Virus record (IMG/VR): IMGVR_UViG_3300029288_000101 | Location: 32,001 to 96,000 of that record | DNA length: 64,000 nucleotides | Strand: one strand, 5' to 3' | From: a virus | Taxonomy: Duplodnaviria > Caudoviricetes | Shown here: positions 57,214 to 64,000 of the stretch, one piece after another | How the letters are laid out: each line of letters begins with the position of its first letter | Numbering within the stretch: the first letter of the stretch is position 1 | Notes under the pieces: generated by a model | The model's database searches: none | Seen by the model: only the letters and a program-made list of their open reading frames with translations | Told to the model about the DNA's origin: nothing | Program-made: the position numbers and the translations under genes

Positions 57214-59277
57214 TTATAAAATATAAATCTCAGTGTTATTATTTGAATATAAAACGTTTTGTTTATTATAATTATCATATTTTATTTTTCCTGAAATAGT
57301 AATCAAATCTTTATTCTTTTTAGCCTCTTCTAACTTTTTCTTATATTCTTTCCACTCATCAGACCATATCGTGATTAGAATCTGTTCATAATTACTAAGA
57401 ATTCTCATGCTACCAAACTTACCTTTTTTAGTTTTTCTTTCAACAAGTGTCAGTATTTCTCCTGCCACTGATGCTCTTTTATAATCTTTTTCAACATCAA
57501 AAAAATCTTCTGAATTAATAAACATACCAGCGAGTTTCTTTGATTTTTTCTTAATTATTTCAGGAAAACATAAAATGCCAAAGCCTGTAAGTTCTCGTTG
57601 TTTTCGTAAAAAATTAAAACCTTTTGAATAATAACTTTGTTGCTCTTTAGTTATTAAATCACCAGTAATTTTATGCAAAGATTCTAATAATTCAAATCTA
57701 TCTGCTGCTTCTTCTATTTCATATAGATTATCAAAAGCTCCAGAAAGTATCAAAACCTCTACAATATTCTTTCCACAGTGCTTTCCTTTCATTCTATTAA
57801 TAAAGTTCTTGAGACCCTTAAACTCTCCATTCTGTTTTCGTTCCCTTACAATACACTTCACTATTGCTTCTCCGACACCTTTAATACTCTTTAAAGACCA
57901 ATAAATTACATGACTTTCAACATCACAAGTAAAAGTTCCTTTAGAATAATTAATGTCTGGAGGAGACAGTGTTAAATCTAAATTTCTCTTCTTTATTTCA
58001 TTTATCAATGCAGGTATATCCTCTGGCTTATTATAATTAAAACTAACACAATAAAACTCTTCTGGATAATAGCACTTAAGATATTGACACCAATACGACA
58101 TTATAGAATAAGAGGCAGAATGCGATCTGTTATAGCCATAGCCACTAAAAAATAATAATTTTTTCCATATTTTTTTTGCTTCATTTTTCTCACAACCATT
58201 CTTTAATGCTCCTGAAATAAATTTCTTTTCAAATTCTAAAAATTCTTCTTTTTTAAAATGCTTTATCATTGACCTTATGCGATCAGCCTCAGACAAAGAA
58301 AAACCACCTAAAATATGCACTGCTTGTATAATTTGTTCTTGATAAACAAATAAACCATGAGTTTTTTTAGTTATTTCTTCTAACATATAATCAAACTCAG
58401 GCTCTTTTTTACCATGTTTTATTTCACCATACAAAATATGACTATTACTTTTCATAGGACCAGGGCGAAACAAAGCGTTCATGGCAATTAAATCTTCCAT
58501 ACTATCTGGCTTTACAAATTTACAATAATTCTTTAAACCGCCAGTAGAAAATTGAAATACTTCTTCATTAAAACCTTGAGCAAATATTTTAAACACTTCT
58601 TTATCATTCATAGGGATTTTTTCTAAAATAATATCTTCTTTCCTATGATTCTTTATTAATTTCAAAATCATATCAAATTTATCCAACAAATTTAATCCTA
58701 ATAAATCTTCCTTTAAAAATCCTGCTCTATCTATATACTTCCCTTCCCATTCTGAAACAAGTACATATTGATTAGTTTTCTTATCTAATATCTTTCTAAC
58801 AGGAACCCATTCAAATATATCTTTTCTTTCTCCATTAATATCTTTTCTTGGAACTATTAACACTGCTGAAGCATGTATAGAGTTTGTTTTTGGTTGTCCC
58901 ATTACATTTTTCAACTGATTAATTAGCTTAAAATTTTCTTGAATAAATTTTGCTAATTCTATAGATTGTTGAGCATACTTAAATAAATCTTCAAATTTAT
59001 AATCAAGTTGATCGTCTATCTTTTTAGTTAAAAAATTCATTTGAGAAGGTGTAAAAGATGTGTTAACTCTTGCAAAATCTTTTAAAATGCCCTTTAACTT
59101 TAATCTTGTAAAAGTACCAACAGAAGCAACATAATTCTCACCATATTTGCTTTCTAAATATCTCTTAACATCGTCTTTCCTTATGCTGCTATAATCTACA
59201 TCAACATCAGGTAATTGGTCGGAACGTAATTTACTCTCTTTTAATATCTTAATTATTTTTGCCATCCATTCCCCCAT
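57214..59277 (-). CDS. dnaE: DNA polymerase III alpha, C-terminal fragment (start probably 59265)
   Basis: LPDVDVDY, HASAV, KEDLLGL, VFQF, FRPGP, VYQEQ, YGYNRSHS, PDINYS, HhH and OB fold. Confidence 0.93.
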   Translation of the reverse strand: MGEWMAKIIKILKESKLRSDQLPDVDVDYSSIRKDDVKRYLESKYGENYVASVGTFTRLKLKGILKDFARVNTSFTPSQMNFLTKKIDDQLDYKFEDLFKYAQQSIELAKFIQENFKLINQLKNVMGQPKTNSIHASAVLIVPRKDINGERKDIFEWVPVRKILDKKTNQYVLVSEWEGKYIDRAGFLKEDLLGLNLLDKFDMILKLIKNHRKEDIILEKIPMNDKEVFKIFAQGFNEEVFQFSTGGLKNYCKFVKPDSMEDLIAMNALFRPGPMKSNSHILYGEIKHGKKEPEFDYMLEEITKKTHGLFVYQEQIIQAVHILGGFSLSEADRIRSMIKHFKKEEFLEFEKKFISGALKNGCEKNEAKKIWKKLLFFSGYGYNRSHSASYSIMSYWCQYLKCYYPEEFYCVSFNYNKPEDIPALINEIKKRNLDLTLSPPDINYSKGTFTCDVESHVIYWSLKSIKGVGEAIVKCIVRERKQNGEFKGLKNFINRMKGKHCGKNIVEVLILSGAFDNLYEIEEAADRFELLESLHKITGDLITKEQQSYYSKGFNFLRKQRELTGFGILCFPEIIKKKSKKLAGMFINSEDFFDVEKDYKRASVAGEILTLVERKTKKGKFGSMRILSNYEQILITIWSDEWKEYKKKLEEAKKNKDLITISGKIKYDNYNKQNVLYSNNNTEIYIL

Positions 59278-60215
59278 CTTTCATATTTTCCCCAACGAAA
59301 TCCACCAGCTTGTTCTTGTTTACCATATACACAACTTATAATTTCTCTTGCTTTTATGCCTGTTTCTTCAGAAGCTTCTTTCCAATCTAAATACATCTTA
59401 ATGTATTTTCCTCTTAAATTCATTTTAATAATTTTTTGAGATTTCAAATATTTCCAATAAAAACCACCTGCTATTTTTGTAAAATTACTACCACCAGCAC
59501 TACATATTGAACCTCTATTAATCCCTGTCTGTCTAGAAGCATCCCCAGAACCATCATATTCTTTTATAAATTTTTTATTTAGATCAAATTGTAGTATTTT
59601 TTGTGACATTCTTTTCCTATTTTTAATTTTTTGTTCTTCAGACCATTTATTATTAAAATTAGGATTATTTTCTCCTTTATTTTGTATTTTTTTTATTTTT
59701 CTTAAATTCTCTTTTTGTTCTTCAGACCATTTATTACCAAAATTAGGATTCTTGTCTCCTATTAAATTTTTTCCTAATTCACTCAAATGTTTAATTAATT
59801 CTGGATGTTCTTTATAATATTTCTTTCTTAATTTTGAAATTTTCTTAAGAGTCTTTTTCCCTCTCTTTGTTTTATAAAATTTTTTTAAAGATTTTTTAAA
59901 TTTTTCAACAACTTCTGGGATTTTCATTGGTGAGCCAGAACCAAATTTATTTGCTATTCCAGGAAGAATATTATAGCCTATCTTATTATCTGTAGAGTTA
60001 AATTCTTTTATAAAATATTTTTCATATAAATCTAATTGTTCTTGTGTCTTACATTTTATTAATGTAATTCTTTCAAAACTTTCTTCTCCATATTTCTTAA
60101 TAGCATATTTAATATTTCTTCCTGATCCTATATAATTTTGATCTTCTCCAGAATATTGTCCAATATAAATTTTGCTATTAATTAAATTTGTTGTTAAATA
60201 AATAATCCCTTTCAT
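59253..60215 (-). mobile_element. free-standing GIY-YIG homing endonuclease with NUMOD3/NUMOD1 modules
   Basis: GIIY...KIYIGQ...YIGSG, GYNI; NPNFGNKWSEEQK x2; AGGFYWKY and AGGFRW. Confidence 0.92.
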
Positions 60216-60232
60216 AATTAGCTTTAACTAAT

Positions 60233-61861
60233 TTATACCTGATATTGACTAAGACTTTTAAAATCTTCTTTTGTTAGCTCTTTCCCTTCTTTTAAAAATT
60301 CAAAATCTTTTTCTGGAATGTTAAATTTTCTTCCATCATCTAATTCAACAATCAATCTTTTCTCCAAAGTTCCTCTCGTTTCATTCAAAAATCTTTCAAA
60401 CAATAAATCATATTTAATCGGATCTACAGTTGTTATATCAATTAAAAAAGCAACTAAAGAGCCAGCTACTGAACCACGAGCATTGCCAACTCTTATTTTA
60501 TTACTCTTTGCCCAACTTATTATATCAAAATTTATCAAAAAATAATCAAGAAAACCTAATCTTAAAATAAAATCTCTTTCATATTGCATTCGCTCTTTAT
60601 ATTCTTTCAATTTACTTTTTTCTACCTTCCCTAATATTTTCTTTCGCCACCCATCTTGAATTAAATAATCAAACAATTCAGTCTTATCTCCCTCATAAGG
60701 AAACAAAGGTAATTTTGGGATACCAAGTTGTATTTTAAAGTTACATTCTTCAACAATTTTATTTACATTATTAATTGCAAGTTCTAATATTTGCTCGCCT
60801 TCTAAATCATTATATTTCTTCCCTTCTGGAAAATAATCAATTAAATTTCTCACTGATTCTTCTACATCTTTATAATGCTCATTTTTACTATAAGGTCTAA
60901 ATTCTCCTGCAAGTTTTCCTAAACTTAATCTGGACTCATATTCTTCTGGTTCAAGATAATAAGAGTCATTTATTAAAACTGGTTCTATTGTGTCAGCAAA
61001 CTCCTCCAAATATTGCTTGATGGAAAACAAATGTCTCTTCTCAAACTCAAGGTTTTCATATTTGACTGAATCCATTTGAAAATATACTTCATCAAAGCAC
61101 TTCTTTAATAACTTAACATAGCTTTTATTCAAAAAACTTTCCTTGAACAAAACTAAAATTAAGCCTGTTCCAAATTCCAAAAATTGTTTCTCTTTTATAA
61201 ATCCTTCATTGATTACATTTATTTCTTTATTTATCCTTAATAAATTTTTCCATCCTTCTTCATTTTTAACGTATAATTTTACATCATATTTTTCATTTTC
61301 AGTGTTTTCATCATAAAGTATTGTTACTGTCTCTCCTAATATTGGTTTTATTCCTTTTTCTGTACAGGATATTTGAAAAGGTAATGTTCCTGCTAAAGAA
61401 TTTTTATCTACTATTCCTAAACTTTTATGCCCTAAAAATATTGCCTTTTGACACCACGCTTTTGCTGAATGAGAACCTGAAAGGAGTTCATATTCATCGT
61501 GAACACCAAGATGATTAAAAATAATTTTATTTTTATTCTCCGCTTCTCCAAGATATTTAAAATCAATCAAAACGCAAGGAACAATTAAATTTCCTTGTTT
61601 GTCTTCTAATTCTAAATTTACTTTTGAATAATAATATTGACCACCAAAAAGAAAAACAACAAATTCAATCCTATTATTTTGTATTGATATTTGTTCTTTT
61701 TCTGTTAAAACCAAATTAAAATCCTTATCAATAATAATTTCCTTTTCAGATAAAAGTAAAAAGTTGCCAAATCCTTTTATTGAATTAATATTATCTTCTA
61801 AGAAATCTTGTTGAAGCTGTATTTTATTTCTTTTAACCCAATTATTAAATCGTTCTAACAT
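60233..61861 (-). CDS. dnaE: DNA polymerase III alpha, N-terminal fragment (PHP domain plus palm start)
   Basis: HLGVHDEYELL, KPILGE, NDSYY, GNARGSVAGSLVAF, LLFERFLN. Confidence 0.92.
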   Translation of the reverse strand: MLERFNNWVKRNKIQLQQDFLEDNINSIKGFGNFLLLSEKEIIIDKDFNLVLTEKEQISIQNNRIEFVVFLFGGQYYYSKVNLELEDKQGNLIVPCVLIDFKYLGEAENKNKIIFNHLGVHDEYELLSGSHSAKAWCQKAIFLGHKSLGIVDKNSLAGTLPFQISCTEKGIKPILGETVTILYDENTENEKYDVKLYVKNEEGWKNLLRINKEINVINEGFIKEKQFLEFGTGLILVLFKESFLNKSYVKLLKKCFDEVYFQMDSVKYENLEFEKRHLFSIKQYLEEFADTIEPVLINDSYYLEPEEYESRLSLGKLAGEFRPYSKNEHYKDVEESVRNLIDYFPEGKKYNDLEGEQILELAINNVNKIVEECNFKIQLGIPKLPLFPYEGDKTELFDYLIQDGWRKKILGKVEKSKLKEYKERMQYERDFILRLGFLDYFLINFDIISWAKSNKIRVGNARGSVAGSLVAFLIDITTVDPIKYDLLFERFLNETRGTLEKRLIVELDDGRKFNIPEKDFEFLKEGKELTKEDFKSLSQYQV

Positions 61862-61887
61862 TTTATATTTCTAAGATTTTTAAAAAT

Positions 61888-63063
61888 TTAAAAAGTTCCA
61901 ACAAAATTATCTCCTCTTTTGTTTAACCTTTTATAAAAAAAATTTCGAGCTAACATACAAAAATCAGCTCTCTTATAAACTGAATTATTGCTTAAAAGTT
62001 CTTCTATACTTTCCAAAGCTAATCTTCTTCTATAATCAGTATTATTTGCATCATCAATAATACTGTGCTTATAAATTATATAAATCTTCAATAATTTAAA
62101 AATTATAAACAAACCTTTTGAAAAATCTTTTAATTCTTCTTCAAATCCCACTTTCTCAACTTCAGCTTTTATTATTATTCTTAATTGTTGAAGCATATTA
62201 CAAGTCATTATATCTAATTCATCTAATCTTATCACAGGTGCTTTTGAATTGAAATTAAAATTCAAAGGAACAGTATTTGCATTCGAGTATAATTCTCCTC
62301 TTAACATATCAACATTATTACTAATAAACCATTCAAAAGAATCATACATATTTTTTGCAATAGAGTTATCAATATAAAAATGCAAAGACTGGCTATTATG
62401 TACCTGCTCGCCTTGTATTATTCCTAAACAATTTGCCATTAATTCTGATAAAAAACTAAATTGAAACACATTAGTAGGTAATCCCCAATGTACATCATTT
62501 GACCTGTTTTGAACGGTTGTAAATAATTTATTATCTCTTATCTTTAACATCACCATACAATTGCAAGCTAGATCTTTTGATTTAACTCCAAGGTCAAAAA
62601 AAGGATTCCACAAAGTTAAAACAACTCTCCTATCTTCAGAGTTTTCACTAAACATTTTAATAGCTAATAAAATTTGGTCTATAAACTTTCCTTCTGATTG
62701 CGTCTCAATACTATCTTGACCATAATAGCGCAATCTAAAACCATAAGGAGCATGAAATGCCTTTCCGTTATCTGAAAAATCAATCATACGAGAATTAAAA
62801 AACTTAAGAAATTCTACATCTTTTTGCCCAGTCCAAATCCACAATGCTTCTGCTAATAGAAAGAAAATATTAATGTCTCTGCCAAAACCGCCTACACATC
62901 TTTTAACAGGCTTTGTTATTATAGTTTTAAAATTCAATAATTCTTTTGTATTGCCAAACCTTGATTTCTGTTCTAAAGCTTCTTCAACCATATATTTATT
63001 TATTAAAGGATACACCTCTGAGAATGTCGAGGATTTTGAGCAATTCAATATTTTATCTAGCAT
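61888..63063 (-). CDS. thymidylate synthase family, probably dUMP hydroxymethylase
   Basis: APYGFRLR, DRRVV, KDLACN, NRSNDVHWGLPTN, SLHFY. Confidence 0.8.
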   Translation of the reverse strand: MLDKILNCSKSSTFSEVYPLINKYMVEEALEQKSRFGNTKELLNFKTIITKPVKRCVGGFGRDINIFFLLAEALWIWTGQKDVEFLKFFNSRMIDFSDNGKAFHAPYGFRLRYYGQDSIETQSEGKFIDQILLAIKMFSENSEDRRVVLTLWNPFFDLGVKSKDLACNCMVMLKIRDNKLFTTVQNRSNDVHWGLPTNVFQFSFLSELMANCLGIIQGEQVHNSQSLHFYIDNSIAKNMYDSFEWFISNNVDMLRGELYSNANTVPLNFNFNSKAPVIRLDELDIMTCNMLQQLRIIIKAEVEKVGFEEELKDFSKGLFIIFKLLKIYIIYKHSIIDDANNTDYRRRLALESIEELLSNNSVYKRADFCMLARNFFYKRLNKRGDNFVGTF

Positions 63064-63123
63064 ATTTTATTATTTTTTTTACTTGTTTATAACTCTGTCT
63101 CAATAAATAACTTTGTTGGCAAT

Positions 63124-63153
63124 AAAAAAGGCGACCATACGGTCGCCTCTTTC
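63124..63153 (-). terminator. intrinsic terminator
   Basis: AGGCGACC-GTAT-GGTCGCCT followed by a T run. Confidence 0.85.
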
Positions 63154-63168
63154 AAAATTTAAAGAAAA

Positions 63169-63474
63169 CTATTTGTTTTGTTTTTCAACAGCATCAGGAC
63201 GGCGAAATAGTGCTTTTCCTTTATAAAGAATAACAACGTATTCACCACGATTACCATCGATATGTTTTAAGTAAACCCCCACCACTTTCTTTTCTTCTTT
63301 AATGAAGACAATCTTATCGCCTTCTTTTAATTTAGAAGAAGTTTTTGTTTTTGATTCAACTTTCGGTTCTACTTTCTTTCCGTTCTTTTTGTTGCTGGTA
63401 ACGGTTTCAGCTTTTTTAGTTTCAGCTTTTTTGCTTACTTCTTTTGTTCCCGATTTTTTAGTTTTTGTTCCCAT
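63169..63474 (-). CDS. small basic protein: Lys-rich tail plus SH3/KOW-like module
   Basis: LKEGDKIVF...GVYLKHIDGNRGEYVVILYKGKALFRR homologous to modules in 23..1777 and 2220..4322. Confidence 0.7.
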   Translation of the reverse strand: MGTKTKKSGTKEVSKKAETKKAETVTSNKKNGKKVEPKVESKTKTSSKLKEGDKIVFIKEEKKVVGVYLKHIDGNRGEYVVILYKGKALFRRPDAVEKQNK

Positions 63475-63503
63475 GATTTCAATTTTTAAGTTTAACAATT
63501 TGG

Positions 63504-63593
63504 TTTTACAATTTTAGTTTACATTTTCGAATTTACAAGCTAATTAAAGGTATTTTTCAGTACAAACAAAATTTTTTCATACTTATTTTTCAA
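63504..63593 (-). repeat. dispersed promoter-like repeat, copy 2
   Basis: See 14612..14701. Confidence 0.8.
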
Positions 63594-63646
63594 AATATTT
63601 TATAATTAACAGTGAATTAAATTATTATAACATGACATTTTTATAT

Positions 63647-63675
63647 AAAAAAAAGCGTTCAAATTGAACGCTTTT
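63647..63675 (-). terminator. intrinsic terminator
   Basis: AAAAGCGTTCA-ATT-TGAACGCTTTTTTTT. Confidence 0.85.
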
Positions 63676-63697
63676 ACCTTTTTAATCAAAATTACCC

Positions 63698-64000
63698 CTA
63701 CCTTTTTCCTTTTTTCAATGATAATTTCGATTTCTTTTTAGGAACTTCTTCCTCTTCAACATCATCATCTTCGTCGTCCTCATCTTCGTCGTCAACAACC
63801 TTTTTAGCAGGTTTTTTAGTTGATTTCTTTTTGGGAGCTTCTTCCTCGTCGTCTTCGTCTTCTTCTACTACAACTTTTTTCTTTGGTGTTTCCTCTTCGT
63901 CTTCATCGTCTTCATCATCCTTTTTAGCAGCCTTTTTTGCAGGTTTCATTTTCTCTTCTAACTTCTCACGATTTTTACCAAGTTTTTTATCAACACCCTG
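63698..64000 (-). CDS. C-terminal part of a protein with alternating acidic/Lys blocks (5' truncated by window)
   Basis: Frame open to the window edge (QGVDKKLGKNREK...). Confidence 0.7.
   Translation of the reverse strand, partial: QGVDKKLGKNREKLEEKMKPAKKAAKKDDEDDEDEEETPKKKVVVEEDEDDEEEAPKKKSTKKPAKKVVDDEDEDDEDDDVEEEEVPKKKSKLSLKKGKR

Noticed and set aside
59253-60232. Group I intron or functional split intein in dnaE
   Set aside because: No non-coding space for a ribozyme core; tails lack Cys/Ser1, TxxH and HN-C/S/T
61888-63063. dCMP hydroxymethylase
   Set aside because: The specificity residue is Asn (GLPTN), not Asp
135-63517. All + strand ORFs in the track (e.g. 46322..46783, 10915..11169, 11316..11573)
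   Set aside because: Phe/Ser/Leu-rich antisense shadows of Lys/Glu/Asp-rich - strand genes or RNA elements; no recognisable motifs
1-64000. Genome-wide stop codon reassignment (TAG or TAA)
   Set aside because: Long core genes are open in code 11; TAG is followed by further stops at 25407 and 48104; TAA ends most genes

Overview
AT-rich segment of a large dsDNA tailed phage (myovirus-like portal and terminase). Every credible gene lies on the - strand. The host is probably Bacteroidota, inferred from TTG-N21-TATATTTG promoters and mostly SD-less A-rich leaders. In coordinate order: (1) 0-6 kb, modular Lys/Glu-rich head-associated proteins with [ILF]xK[AS] motifs plus the portal; (2) 6-10.9 kb, a candidate thymine-hypermodification operon (aGPT-Pplase1/amino acid:DNA transferase, radical SAM-SPASM, GT-B, cytidylyltransferase, HAD-kinase fusion), preceded by structured ncRNA candidates and a tRNA with an 8-nt anticodon loop; (3) 11.7-14.7 kb, a DNA ligase operon with strong SD sites; (4) 14.8-22 kb, a 10-gene glycan synthesis/decoration cluster; (5) 22-31 kb, a head protein, terminase large subunit and DEDDh exonuclease; (6) 31-39 kb, accessory genes with RNase H, RtcB and a dUTPase lacking motif V; (7) 39.5-49.8 kb, sigma factor, RuvC, SbcCD, RecA, SSB, UvsY-like and nucleotide-pool hydrolases; (8) 49.8-57 kb, a decaying array of small genes with attC-like inverted repeats; (9) 57-63 kb, a DnaE split by a free-standing GIY-YIG gene, with intein-remnant-like tails, and a thymidylate synthase-family gene that is probably a dUMP hydroxymethylase. 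All family calls come from motifs recognised by eye; no searches were run.
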